From an uncultured Bacilli bacterium (GTDB lineage: Bacteria > Bacillota_I > Bacilli_A > RF39 > UBA660), in NCBI GenBank assembly GCA_934149465.1, contig CAKPEZ010000002.1, positions 88,758 through 152,757 of the forward strand: 64,000 bases of DNA, in the 5' to 3' direction. Shown in pieces: positions 48,225 to 58,321 of the stretch. How positions within the stretch are numbered: position 1 is the stretch's first letter; each line of letters opens with the position of its first letter. The notes beneath the pieces are model-generated. The model searched no databases. It saw only the letters and a program-made list of their open reading frames with translations, and was not told the DNA's origin. The position numbers and the translations under genes were made by a program.

Positions 48225-49403
48225 ATGGATAAAATAATTTTAATAAAATATGGAGAATTAACTACTAAAAAAGATAATCGTAATTTATTTGTTAATATAT
48301 TATATAATAACGTTAAAGATAAACTATCTAAATATGATGTCAAAATAAAAAAAGATAGAGTAAGAATGTTTATTGAATCAGCAAATGATGATATTGATAA
48401 AATTGCTGAAGATCTTAAAGAAGTATTTGGAATTCATCGTATAGTAATATGCGAAAAAGTAAATACTAATATCGATGAAATAAAAGAATTAGTACTTAAA
48501 ACTTTTAAAGAAAAAGATATTAAGACTTTTAAAATTGAAACAAAACGCAGTGATAAAGATTTTCCATATCACAGCATGGAAATAAATAATATATTAGGTG
48601 GACTTATTTTAAAGAATATTCCTAATATAAAAGTTGATGTTCATAATCCAGAATATCTTTTAAAAATAGAAATAAGAAAAGATTATACTTATATATATAC
48701 AAAAGAACTATCTGGAATAGGAGGATATCCTGTTGGTGTTCAAGGGAAAGGCTTAGTAATGTTATCTGGTGGAATAGACTCTCCAGTCTCTGCTTATCTT
48801 GCAATGAAAAGAGGAATAAAAATTGAATGTATTTATTTTGAATCTCCTCCCCATACTAGCTTGCAAGCTAAAAATAAAGTTATTAAATTAGTTCAAACTT
48901 TAACTAAATATCAAAAAGATATAAAACTTCATATTATTAATTTTACTGCTATGCAAGAACTTATTTATAGCAAAATGGATCCTACTTATATGATAACCAT
49001 TATGCGAAGAATGATGTATAGAATAAGTGAGAGTATTGCTAAGAGAAATAAAGATTTAATTATTATAAATGGAGAAAGCGTAGGACAAGTAGCAAGTCAA
49101 ACATTAAATAGCATGAAAGTAATTAATTCAGTTACTAATTATCCTATTTTAAGACCAGTAGCGTGTCTTGATAAATTAGAAATAATCGCTTTAGCTAAAA
49201 AGATCGGGACTTATGAAACGTCTATTTTACCTTATGAAGATTGCTGTACTATCTTTGTCCCTAAACATCCAGTAATTAATCCTAAGTTAGAAAGAGCAGT
49301 TTTTTTAGAAGAAAACACTTTATATCAAGATACTTTAAATGAATGTGTAGAAAGTGCTTCTTATGAAGTAATTTCATATAAAGCAAGCAAAAATTTATTT
49401 TAA
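48225..49403 (+). CDS. thiI: tRNA 4-thiouridine synthase ThiI (THUMP + PP-loop)
   Basis: PP-loop SGGIDSPV. Start at MDKIILIKYGE. Confidence 0.85.
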   Translation: MDKIILIKYGELTTKKDNRNLFVNILYNNVKDKLSKYDVKIKKDRVRMFIESANDDIDKIAEDLKEVFGIHRIVICEKVNTNIDEIKELVLKTFKEKDIKTFKIETKRSDKDFPYHSMEINNILGGLILKNIPNIKVDVHNPEYLLKIEIRKDYTYIYTKELSGIGGYPVGVQGKGLVMLSGGIDSPVSAYLAMKRGIKIECIYFESPPHTSLQAKNKVIKLVQTLTKYQKDIKLHIINFTAMQELIYSKMDPTYMITIMRRMMYRISESIAKRNKDLIIINGESVGQVASQTLNSMKVINSVTNYPILRPVACLDKLEIIALAKKIGTYETSILPYEDCCTIFVPKHPVINPKLERAVFLEENTLYQDTLNECVESASYEVISYKASKNLF

Positions 49404-49484
49404 CAAAAATTACCAATAAAAAAGTAGTATGATATTTCATTATTATCACACTCTATGAATGTAGGAGGTGAGAATAATGAACGG

Positions 49485-49683
49485 TTCAAATAATAAGATG
49501 GTAGTACCTGGTTCTAAACAAGCTATCGAAAGAATGAAATATGAGATCGCTAATGAATTCGGAGTTAATTTAGGTCCTGATACAACTGCAAGAGCAAACG
49601 GATCAGTTGGTGGTGAAATAACTAAACGTTTAGTTAAGTTAGGAGAAAACCAAATTAGTGGTGGAAATTACCAAGCTAAATAA
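49485..49683 (+). CDS. Alpha/beta-type small acid-soluble spore protein
   Basis: [40 protein letters not shown] is the canonical SASP signature. ATG at 49485 follows a GGAGGTGAG RBS. Confidence 0.8.
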
Positions 49684-49697
49684 CTTATATAAACAAA

Positions 49698-49725
49698 AGT
49701 AGCTAAGATTGTTAGCTACTTTTTT
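49698..49725 (+). terminator. Rho-independent terminator after the SASP gene
   Basis: AGTAGCTA-AGATTGT-TAGCTACT followed by T5. Confidence 0.6.
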
Positions 49726-49734
49726 AGGATCAAA

Positions 49735-49835
49735 AAAGAGATCGTCCCCTGAAGCACGATCTCCAAAAAAGAATAAAAAGGGGTTGGCTAGTGTGATACT
49801 AGCACCAATTCATCTAATAATTTGAATTGGTGATA
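49735..49835 (+). ncRNA. Candidate structured RNA / GC-rich hairpin pair in an AT-rich spacer
   Basis: GAGATCGT-CCCCTGAAGC-ACGATCTC (8-bp stem) and GCTAGT-GTGAT-ACTAGC hairpins. Locally much GC-richer than the flanks. Lies between a terminator and the downstream promoter. Confidence 0.2.
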
Positions 49836-49959
49836 TATATATTAATCGAACTTGTTTTATTTGTCAAGCGAAAATAATAAAAAAATATTTTTTTATTAAA
49901 ACTACTTGAAAAAAAGTTTAGTATATTATATACTGATATCATAAGAGGAGGTAAGAAAA

Positions 49960-50499
49960 GTGGACAATAAGAAATTATTTGGAGCAATTATTGGAGTAAT
50001 CGCATTCATTGCAGTCATCGCTGGAGCAACTTATGCTTGGTTTACATGGACATCTTCTCCAACAACTGTTGGAGGTACAACTGGATGCTTTGATATCGTT
50101 TATGCGAAAGGAACTGATATTAGTGGATCATTAGTTCCATCATCTAATTATACTGGTGGAAAATCTACTTCAGTTACTATTAATATTGATCCAAAGTGTA
50201 CAATCACTGGTAAGGCTACTTTAAAATTAACTACTAATGCTACTGCGACTGCTACTGCTATTCCTTTAACAGCTGGAGCTGTTAAATGGGCTGTGTATAA
50301 AAGTGGTGCAACTGATGCACTTGCAACTGGTACAGTAACTGCTACTGGTACTATTGATTTAGCTCAAGTTGATTTAACTACAACTGCTACTACTTATGAT
50401 TTTTACGTATGGCTTGATGGAACAATTGCTGACAACACTTATGTTGGTAAGACTTATTCTGGTTCTATTAGTGCTACTGCGACTCAAAATGCTAGTTAA
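49960..50499 (+). CDS. Secreted/anchored Thr-Ala-Gly-rich protein with TasA/SipW-cognate-like N-terminus (paralog 1)
   Basis: GTG start 8 nt after an AGGAGG RBS. N-terminal hydrophobic segment ending GATYAWFTW (compare TasA GGTWAAF). Low-complexity T/A/G-rich body. DFYVWLDG motif shared with paralogs 2 and 3. Confidence 0.5.
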   Translation: MDNKKLFGAIIGVIAFIAVIAGATYAWFTWTSSPTTVGGTTGCFDIVYAKGTDISGSLVPSSNYTGGKSTSVTINIDPKCTITGKATLKLTTNATATATAIPLTAGAVKWAVYKSGATDALATGTVTATGTIDLAQVDLTTTATTYDFYVWLDGTIADNTYVGKTYSGSISATATQNAS

Positions 50500-50576
50500 A
50501 ATTGAACGTTTAAAGCGTTCTTTTTTTATTGACTATTTACTTCTTTTTGCGTACAATTATTTAGTAGGTGAGAACT

Positions 50577-52769
50577 ATGAGTAGTTATGTTAAAGGAACT
50601 TATATTCAAAATATTTATGCTTCTGATACTGGATATACAGTAGGACTTTTCAAAGTTCTTGAAACTAATGATGAAGAATTAATTGAATATAAAAATAGAT
50701 TAATCAACTTTGTCGGAACATTTGCTAATATAAAAGAAAAAAACAATTATATATTTAGAGGGAATTGTATTAATCATCCAAGGTATGGTTTTCAGTACTC
50801 AGTTTTAGAATATGAAGTAGTAATGCCAGAAGAAAATGATGAGCTAATTACTTTTTTATCAAGTGAATTATTTCCAATTGGGGAAAAAACTGCTATTAAA
50901 ATAGTAGAAAAATTTAAAGAGAATACTTTACCAATAATCTTAGATAATCCAAGGAGCTTATTATTAATTCCAAGAATTACTGAAGTAAAAGCAATGAAAA
51001 TTCATGATACCCTAGTAGAATATCAAGCTAGTAGCCATATAATTTTAGAATTAACTAAGATGGGTTTTTCTTCTAAACAAAGTTTTACTATTTTTAATAA
51101 ATATCAAAATGAAACTTTAGAAAAAGTAAATTTAAATATTTATAATTTAATAGATGACTTTTTAGATTTTAATTTTAAAGAAGTTGATGATATTGCTTTA
51201 AAAAATGGAATTAGTCTTACTGATGATCGAAGAATGAACGCTTTCGTTATTTATACTATGGAAAAATTATGCTTTGAAAAAGGGAATACTTATCTTTCTT
51301 TAGATGATATTCTTATGGATATGGAATTTATAAATGCAGAAAATTTAGAATATTTAATGATTAATCTTGTTAGAATGGGAAAGATAGTAATAGAAGATGA
51401 GCGCTACTATTTAAAAAAATTTTATGATGCTGAAAAATATATTGCTAATTTTTTAATAAATTTAAATAATAAAGAAGATGAATTAAATAAAGGAAAAATA
51501 AAAAAATATATTGATTATGTAAGTAGAGATGAAAATATTAACTATGATGATATTCAAAAAGATGCTATTTATAATGCTTTAGTAAATAAATTTACAATCA
51601 TTACTGGAGGACCTGGTACAGGTAAAACTACAATTGTAAAAGCTATTGTTAGCGTGCTAATTAATTATTTAGATGTAAAAGATAAAGATATTGCTCTTCT
51701 TGCTCCAACTGGAAGAGCTAGTAAAAAAATGTGTGAAAAGATGAATATTGGTGCATCTACTATTCATAGATTTCTAAAGTGGAATAAAGAAACTAATGAT
51801 TTTAATATTAATGAATATGAAAAAGCTATGCAAAAATATATAATTGTAGATGAAGTTAGTATGATTGATGTATCATTAATGGAAGCTTTAGTGAAAGGCT
51901 TAAAAAAAGATGTAAGGTTAATATTAGTAGGAGACTATAATCAACTTCCTAGTGTAAGAGAAGGTCAAGTTTTAAAAGATTTAATAGATTCTAATGCGTT
52001 TAAAGTTATTAAATTAACATCTTTATATAGACAAAATGAAAACTCTTATATTGTAAAGTTAGCAAGTGAAATTAAAGATAAAAATTTATCTAAAGATTTT
52101 GCTACTTTGAAAGATGATTATAATTTCATAAAATCTCCTGGTTATAACGTATCTTATTATATTAATGAAATTATTGATAAAGCTTTATTAAAGGGATATA
52201 CTAAAGACGATATTCAAGTATTAGCGCCTATGTATAAAGGAGAAAATGGAATAGATAATTTAAATAAAATATTACAAGAAAAAATTAATCCCGCTAGTTA
52301 TTTGAAAAAAGAGCTCAAAATAGGAGATATTATTTATAGACAAGGAGATAAAGTCTTACAATTAGTTAATAGTCCTGATGATAATATATTTAATGGAGAT
52401 ATTGGTTATATAGAAGATATTTTAACAAGTAAAGAATCTAAAACAAAAAGAAATGAAATAATTATTAATTTTGATGGAAATAAAGTTTCTTATACGCAGA
52501 CTCTTCTTAATAATATTCGTCATGGGTATGCCATTAGCGTTCATAAATCTCAAGGAAGTGAATTTAAAATGGTTATTATTCCCTTTGTTAATTCGTTTAA
52601 AAGAATGCTTTATAATAAACTTATCTACACAGCAGTAACTAGAGCTAAAAGCTATTTAATTATTGTTGGCGAAGAAAAGGCATTTATTGATGGAATAAAT
52701 AATGATTATATTGAAAATAGAAAAACTACTTTAAAAAAATTTATTACTGATAAGTATAATTTAGAATAA
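50577..52769 (+). CDS. recD2: RecD2-type ATP-dependent DNA helicase (RecD/TraA family, YrrC-like)
   Basis: N-terminal HhH domains, Walker A IITGGPGTGKTT, Walker B IVDEVSM, C-terminal RecD motifs (HKSQGSE). Start at the ATG at 50577. Confidence 0.85.
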   Translation: MSSYVKGTYIQNIYASDTGYTVGLFKVLETNDEELIEYKNRLINFVGTFANIKEKNNYIFRGNCINHPRYGFQYSVLEYEVVMPEENDELITFLSSELFPIGEKTAIKIVEKFKENTLPIILDNPRSLLLIPRITEVKAMKIHDTLVEYQASSHIILELTKMGFSSKQSFTIFNKYQNETLEKVNLNIYNLIDDFLDFNFKEVDDIALKNGISLTDDRRMNAFVIYTMEKLCFEKGNTYLSLDDILMDMEFINAENLEYLMINLVRMGKIVIEDERYYLKKFYDAEKYIANFLINLNNKEDELNKGKIKKYIDYVSRDENINYDDIQKDAIYNALVNKFTIITGGPGTGKTTIVKAIVSVLINYLDVKDKDIALLAPTGRASKKMCEKMNIGASTIHRFLKWNKETNDFNINEYEKAMQKYIIVDEVSMIDVSLMEALVKGLKKDVRLILVGDYNQLPSVREGQVLKDLIDSNAFKVIKLTSLYRQNENSYIVKLASEIKDKNLSKDFATLKDDYNFIKSPGYNVSYYINEIIDKALLKGYTKDDIQVLAPMYKGENGIDNLNKILQEKINPASYLKKELKIGDIIYRQGDKVLQLVNSPDDNIFNGDIGYIEDILTSKESKTKRNEIIINFDGNKVSYTQTLLNNIRHGYAISVHKSQGSEFKMVIIPFVNSFKRMLYNKLIYTAVTRAKSYLIIVGEEKAFIDGINNDYIENRKTTLKKFITDKYNLE

Positions 52770-52835
52770 TAAGTAAATAATACTAATGGTACTAAATGTA
52801 CCTGTCATATTTTTCTAAAGGAGGAATTATTAGTA

Positions 52836-52988
52836 ATGAAATTGAAAAGTGCTGCAATAATGACAGCAATAGGTGTTGGCGGAATAGTTTTATATAGTCA
52901 AATAAAAAACGGTAATATGGCGAAAATGATGCAGGCAATTAAGCCAAAAGCCAAAGATATGTTAAATGATTTAGAAGATATGATGTAA
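52836..52988 (+). CDS. Small protein (50 aa) with N-terminal hydrophobic helix, absent from the ORF track
   Basis: Strong RBS AAGGAGGAATTATTAGTAATG. Encodes MKLKSAAIMTAIGVGGIVLYSQIKNGNMAKMMQAIKPKAKDMLNDLEDMM. Followed by a terminator-like GAGCTCTTTTTAGAGCTCTTTTT. Confidence 0.4.
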   Translation: MKLKSAAIMTAIGVGGIVLYSQIKNGNMAKMMQAIKPKAKDMLNDLEDMM

Positions 52989-53075
52989 AGAAAGAGAGCT
53001 TTTTAGAGCTCTTTTTCTTTACTATTTTTTTTATATATGATATATTTATATTAAGAATAGTAGGAGATGAATTTA

Positions 53076-54116
53076 ATGAAAAAGAATACTTCTTGGGTTT
53101 TATTATTACAGATTTCCTTAATTTTAATTGCAGCAATAGCAAGTACTTATGCAATTAATTATTTTGCTAATACAATACAAACCAATATGGTAACTGCAAA
53201 TATTGATCTTTCTTATATAGGAGATTCAGAAGTAAGTGATTCTTTATTACCAATTAAAGATACTAAAGCAGAACAATCAGCAACTAAAGTAAAATTCTCA
53301 GTAATTGAGAAAAATAAAACTAACAATATTTATTCAGGATATAGAGTAGTTTTAAGAAATGTAACAGTTCCAGTAGAACTTAGAATTCCTGAAGTAAAAT
53401 GGCAATTAGTAAAAGGATTAACTGTTATAGCAAGTGGAAACTTTGAAAATATAACTAATACTGATCGTTATCTTTTAAATGAAGAATTACAAGTTTTGCC
53501 TAAATATGGAAGTACTGCTGATGAATTAGAATTTAGAGTATGGCTTAGTGATAACGATACTAATCAAATAGCGCTAGCAGGAAAAACTATCAGTTTTAAG
53601 GTTGATGTTGAATTGTACGTTATTAATGATAAAATTGAACCATTATTTTTAGGAATCCAAGATAAAGTAGTAGAAAAAAGTAGTACTCAATTTAATACTC
53701 TTACAGGAGTAAGTGCTGTCTTATCAGATGGAACTAATCTTGATGTAACTGCTAATATAACTAGCTTAGATATAAGTACACTAGGAGATAAAATAATAGT
53801 TTATAGTGCCAAAGACGCTAATGGGAAAACTGTTACCAAGACTAGAACAATTAGAGTACTAGATGATAAAGTAGTTCCTGTTATAGATATGTCAGAAGTT
53901 CCTTCATCAATAGCACTAGGCACAGAATATGATTTACAGTCCAAAGTCAAAGTTACTTATGGCTCTTCTAGTGGAAGTATGATTTGTGGATATGGAGATG
54001 ATATGTCTATTACTAAGCCATCAGCTATAGGAAGTTATAAGTTTAAATGTATTGCAACTGGAAATAATGGTTTAACATCAACAGCAAACAAAAACTTCTC
54101 AATTATTGGAAACTAA
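53076..54116 (+). CDS. Secreted protein, paralog 2 of the TasA/SipW-like-signal family, with C-terminal Ig-like region
   Basis: N-terminus ends in ASTYAINYFAN. Shares the GNFEN and FRVWLSD blocks with paralogs 1 and 3 (GSFEN, YVYLDG/YVWLDG). The C-terminal 150 aa are beta-rich and Big-like. Confidence 0.5.
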   Translation: MKKNTSWVLLLQISLILIAAIASTYAINYFANTIQTNMVTANIDLSYIGDSEVSDSLLPIKDTKAEQSATKVKFSVIEKNKTNNIYSGYRVVLRNVTVPVELRIPEVKWQLVKGLTVIASGNFENITNTDRYLLNEELQVLPKYGSTADELEFRVWLSDNDTNQIALAGKTISFKVDVELYVINDKIEPLFLGIQDKVVEKSSTQFNTLTGVSAVLSDGTNLDVTANITSLDISTLGDKIIVYSAKDANGKTVTKTRTIRVLDDKVVPVIDMSEVPSSIALGTEYDLQSKVKVTYGSSSGSMICGYGDDMSITKPSAIGSYKFKCIATGNNGLTSTANKNFSIIGN

Positions 54117-54156
54117 AGGAGTAAGGCATAACAAGCAAAATTTAAGTCTTAATAGT

Positions 54157-54180
54157 TAAATTTAAGAAAAGAACGTTTTG
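54157..54180 (+). terminator. Rho-independent terminator
   Basis: AAAAGAAC-GTTTT-GTTCTTTT followed by a T-run. Confidence 0.6.
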
Positions 54181-54221
54181 TTCTTTTTCTTTTCATGTTA
54201 TAATGATTAAAAGGTGATTTT

Positions 54222-56402
54222 ATGTATGCTAAAGTATTAACTGAAATAGGTGCTAAAAATGTTGATAAAACTTTTTTATATAGAATTCCATCTAATTTAG
54301 AATCATCTGTTTCTAAAGGAAAAAGAGTAAAAATTCCTTTTGGAAATAGATATTTAGAGGGATTTGTAGTAGATATAACTTCATCTTTAGAAGAAAATAT
54401 CAAAGTAAAAGATATATTAGAAGTTATTGATGAGAAAGCTATATTAAATGAGGAACTTCTTTTATTAGGAAAATATATTGCTGATAAAACGTTATGTTCT
54501 TTAATAACTGCTTATCAAACTATGCTTCCTAAGGCTTTAAAAGCTAATATAAAAATTAATATGAAACCTATTAAAGAAAAGTATTTACTTTTAAATAAGA
54601 ATAAAGATATAGATTCTTATTTAAAGAATTGTCCTTATAAATCACAAGTAGAAATATTAAATAAATTAAAAGAAGAAAAAGAGGTAAAGATAGATAAATT
54701 AACTAGTAGTATTAATACATTAATAAAAAAAGATCTAATTTATCTAGAATACCGTGATAAATATCGTTATGAATATAATAAAAATACTTTAGATAAGAAA
54801 GTAACTTTAAATGAAGAACAAGAAAATGCGGTAAATATCGTTAGTAATAATTTTAATAGCGCTATAACTTATCTATTATATGGGGTTACTGGAAGTGGAA
54901 AGACAGAAGTTTATCTTTCTCTTATCGAAAAAGTAATTAATAATGGAAAAAGTGCAATTATGCTTGTCCCAGAGATAAGTTTAACTCCGCAAATTATAAG
55001 CCGTTTTAAGGCGAGATTTGGGGATGATGTTGCTGTTTTACATAGTGCACTTAGTGATGGAGAAAGATATGATGAATATAGAAAAATAATGGAAAATAAG
55101 GTTCATATCGTAGTAGGAGCAAGAAGTGCTATTTTTGCACCACTTAAAAATATAGGCATCATTATTATTGATGAAGAGCACGTTCAAACTTATAAACAAG
55201 ATACTTCTCCTAGATATCATGCAAGAGATGTTGCTATTTGGCGAAGTAATTATTATAAATGTCCTCTTATACTAGGAAGTGCTACTCCTTCTTTAGAAAG
55301 TTATGCAAGAGCACTTAAGAATATTTATTATCTTTTAGAACTTAAGCAAAGAGCTAATAAAAAGGATCTTCCTAATATTACGGTTGTTGATATGAAAAAA
55401 GAATATGCTAAAAAGAATATGATTTTTTCAGATGCTTTAAAGAATAACATAAATAAGTGCTTAGACTTAAAAGAACAAGTAATTTTACTATTAAATAGAA
55501 GAGGATATTCTTCAATTATTACTTGTAAAGATTGCGGGCATGTTTTTAAATGTCCTAACTGTGATATTAGCTTAACTTATCATAAGACTTCTAACATACT
55601 AAGATGTCATTACTGCGGATATGCTACTAATTTTCCAAGTAATTGTCCTAACTGTAAGCAAAAAAATTTAAAAGATTTTGGCTTAGGAACTGAGAGATTA
55701 GAAGAAGAGATAAATCACTTATTTCCACAAGCAAGAGTTGTTCGAATGGATTTAGATACTACTTCTAAAAAGGGAGGTCATGAAAAAATTATTGACGATT
55801 TTGCCAACTATAAATATGATATCTTAGTTGGTACTCAGATGATTGCAAAAGGATTAGATTTTCCTTTAGTAACATTAGTAGGTGTTATTAATGCAGATAT
55901 GTCTTTAAATATTCCTGATTTTAGAAGTAGTGAAAGAACTTTCCAATTACTTTGCCAAGTTTCTGGAAGAGCAGGAAGAGCTTCTAAAGAAGGAAACGTT
56001 ATAGTGCAAGCTATTAATAATGAACACTATAGTATTAAGCATGCTATGAAACATGATTATCTTGGTTTTTATCAAGAAGAAATGAATATTAGGAAGATCT
56101 TAAAATATTCTCCTTATTATTATATTACTCTAATTAAAATAATGGCTAAAGATTATACAAAGGGAATGAATGAAGCAATAAAAATAGCATCTTACTTAAA
56201 AAAAGAATTATCTAAAGAAACAATAGTATTAGGACCAAGTCCTGCTAATGTTTTAAAAATAAATAATATTTATAATTTTCAGTGTATTATCAAATACCGC
56301 AAAGATGATAACTTAATAAAAACTCTTAAATTTATCGATAATAAATATATAATAGAAAAAGATATAAATATTTCTATAGATCAAGATCCATTAAGATTAT
56401 AA
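54222..56402 (+). CDS. priA: Primosomal protein N' (replication restart helicase PriA)
   Basis: Walker A GVTGSGKT, DEEH box, and the Cys-rich zinc region CKDCGHVFKCPNC...CHYCGY...CPNC. Confidence 0.9.
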   Translation: MYAKVLTEIGAKNVDKTFLYRIPSNLESSVSKGKRVKIPFGNRYLEGFVVDITSSLEENIKVKDILEVIDEKAILNEELLLLGKYIADKTLCSLITAYQTMLPKALKANIKINMKPIKEKYLLLNKNKDIDSYLKNCPYKSQVEILNKLKEEKEVKIDKLTSSINTLIKKDLIYLEYRDKYRYEYNKNTLDKKVTLNEEQENAVNIVSNNFNSAITYLLYGVTGSGKTEVYLSLIEKVINNGKSAIMLVPEISLTPQIISRFKARFGDDVAVLHSALSDGERYDEYRKIMENKVHIVVGARSAIFAPLKNIGIIIIDEEHVQTYKQDTSPRYHARDVAIWRSNYYKCPLILGSATPSLESYARALKNIYYLLELKQRANKKDLPNITVVDMKKEYAKKNMIFSDALKNNINKCLDLKEQVILLLNRRGYSSIITCKDCGHVFKCPNCDISLTYHKTSNILRCHYCGYATNFPSNCPNCKQKNLKDFGLGTERLEEEINHLFPQARVVRMDLDTTSKKGGHEKIIDDFANYKYDILVGTQMIAKGLDFPLVTLVGVINADMSLNIPDFRSSERTFQLLCQVSGRAGRASKEGNVIVQAINNEHYSIKHAMKHDYLGFYQEEMNIRKILKYSPYYYITLIKIMAKDYTKGMNEAIKIASYLKKELSKETIVLGPSPANVLKINNIYNFQCIIKYRKDDNLIKTLKFIDNKYIIEKDINISIDQDPLRL

Positions 56403-56413
56403 GGAGGGATAAG

Positions 56414-57130
56414 ATGGAAAAGATTGTAATGAAAATAAGTGGAGAAGCTTTAAAAGATAGTAATAGTTCTATTAGTGAAGAAAAGTTAGATATTGTCTAT
56501 CAAAGTATAAAAATGCTTCTTGATAATAATAAGTCTTTAATATTAATTACAGGAGGAGGAAATATTTGGCGAGGTAGATCTCATAAGAATATGGACGATA
56601 ATACTAAAGATAGCATTGGAATGCTTGCTACTGTAATGAATTCTCTTGCATTAAGAGATTATCTAACTAAAAATAATATAAAATCATATCTTTGCGGTTC
56701 ATTCTTAATTGAAGGAATTGTTCCTAAATATAATAAAGACGAGTGCTTAGAACATTTAAATAATAACGAGGTAATAATTATCTCTGGTGGAGTAGGCCTT
56801 CCATTTACAACAACCGATTTTGCTTGTGTTCAAAGAGCACTTGAATTAAAAGCAGATTATTTACTTATGGGAAAAAATATAGATGGAATTTATGATAAAG
56901 ATCCCAAAAAGTATAAGGATGCAGTTAAGTATGATGAATTAACTTTTGAGAGTTTCTTAGATATTCAAATAAAAAATGGATTAAGTAATCAAGGAGTAAT
57001 AGATGTTAATGCCCTTTCTTTACTTTGTGCTCATAAATTAAAGACTATTTTATATAAAATAGATGATAAAGACGCTATTAAAAAAATAATTAATAAAGAA
57101 AAAGTGGGGACTATAATTAAAGAACAGTAA
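56414..57130 (+). CDS. pyrH: UMP-kinase-like amino-acid-kinase family protein
   Basis: KISGEAL and ITGGGNIWRG motifs. 238 aa. Located after priA rather than after tsf. Confidence 0.7.
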   Translation: MEKIVMKISGEALKDSNSSISEEKLDIVYQSIKMLLDNNKSLILITGGGNIWRGRSHKNMDDNTKDSIGMLATVMNSLALRDYLTKNNIKSYLCGSFLIEGIVPKYNKDECLEHLNNNEVIIISGGVGLPFTTTDFACVQRALELKADYLLMGKNIDGIYDKDPKKYKDAVKYDELTFESFLDIQIKNGLSNQGVIDVNALSLLCAHKLKTILYKIDDKDAIKKIINKEKVGTIIKEQ

Positions 57131-57143
57131 AATGTTCTTTTTT
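57120..57143 (+). terminator. Rho-independent terminator overlapping the pyrH stop
   Basis: AAGAACA-GTAAAAT-GTTCTTT followed by T-run. Followed by a TTGACA-17-TATACT promoter for queA. Confidence 0.55.
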
Positions 57144-57210
57144 ATTTGACAGAAAGTAAGAATTTTGCTATACTAAAAAACGATTTTTATAAAAAGGGAG
57201 TAGCAGAAAA

Positions 57211-58233
57211 ATGAAAACAGATGATTTTGATTTTTACTTACCAGAAGAGTTAATCGCGCAAACGCCTCTTCTAAAAAGAGATTCTTCTAAAATGATGGTT
57301 TTAGATCGAAAAACACGTACTAGAAGTGATCATGTATTTACGGATATTATTGATTATTTAGAAGAAGGAGATACCTTAGTATTAAATGATACTAAAGTAC
57401 TCCCAGCTCGTCTTCATGGAATAAAAGAAGATACTAAAGCTCATATTGAAATATTACTTTTAAAAGAAGAGGATGCTGATACTTGGCAGTGTTTAGTAAA
57501 ACCAGCTAAAAGAATAGATGTTGGAACAAGAATAATCTTTAGTGATGAATTAAGTGCTAGATGCTTAGAAGTAAGAGAAGAAGGAATTAGAATATTAAAA
57601 TTAGAATATACTAAAATATTATATGAGATATTAGATAAATTAGGAGAAATGCCTTTACCTCCATATATAAAATCTCATCTAGAAGATAAAGATAGGTATC
57701 AAACAGTATATGCTAAAAATGAAGGAAGTGCGGCTGCGCCAACAGCAGGATTACACTTTACTAAAACGCTTCTTTCTAAAATAAAAGAAAAAGGCGTAAA
57801 TATTTGCTATGTAACTTTGCATGTTGGACTTGGTACTTTTAGACCAGTTAATGTAGAAGATGTAACTAAACATAAAATGCACAGTGAATATTATATTATG
57901 ACTAAAGAAACAGCAGATATCTTAAATAATACTAGAAAAAATGGGAAGAAAATTATCAGCGTTGGTACTACTTCAACAAGAACTTTAGAAACAATTATGA
58001 AGAAATATCATACTTTTAAAGAATGTAGTGGTTGGACAGATATTTTTATCTATCCTGGATATAAGTTTGAAGGAATAGATGCTTTAATTACGAACTTCCA
58101 TTTACCAAAATCAACTTTAATTATGTTAGTAAGTGCTTTTGCTGATAAAGATTTTATCTTAGATAGCTATAAAGATGCGGTTAATAAGAAATATCGTTTC
58201 TTCTCGTTTGGTGATTGTATGTTAATAAAATAA
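57211..58233 (+). CDS. queA: S-adenosylmethionine:tRNA ribosyltransferase-isomerase QueA
   Basis: N-terminal [14 protein letters not shown] signature. 340 aa. Confidence 0.9.
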   Translation: MKTDDFDFYLPEELIAQTPLLKRDSSKMMVLDRKTRTRSDHVFTDIIDYLEEGDTLVLNDTKVLPARLHGIKEDTKAHIEILLLKEEDADTWQCLVKPAKRIDVGTRIIFSDELSARCLEVREEGIRILKLEYTKILYEILDKLGEMPLPPYIKSHLEDKDRYQTVYAKNEGSAAAPTAGLHFTKTLLSKIKEKGVNICYVTLHVGLGTFRPVNVEDVTKHKMHSEYYIMTKETADILNNTRKNGKKIISVGTTSTRTLETIMKKYHTFKECSGWTDIFIYPGYKFEGIDALITNFHLPKSTLIMLVSAFADKDFILDSYKDAVNKKYRFFSFGDCMLIK

Positions 58234-58321
58234 CGAGAATTACGTTATTACGACAAAATTAACTAAAAAAAAAGGAAAATGAAATTTTTTGTAGAATATT
58301 AAATTAGGGGATGATTTTATT

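Noticed and set aside
49960-50040. Type IV pilin / competence pilin interpretation of the three secreted paralogs
   Set aside because: No G/FTLxE prepilin peptidase motif. The leader ends in a TasA-like G-x-T-Y/F-A-W motif instead.
56414-57130. Calling the pyrH-like gene a carbamate or glutamate kinase instead
   Set aside because: The KISGEAL and GGGNIWRG motifs and the 238-aa length fit UMP kinase better than other amino-acid-kinase family members.
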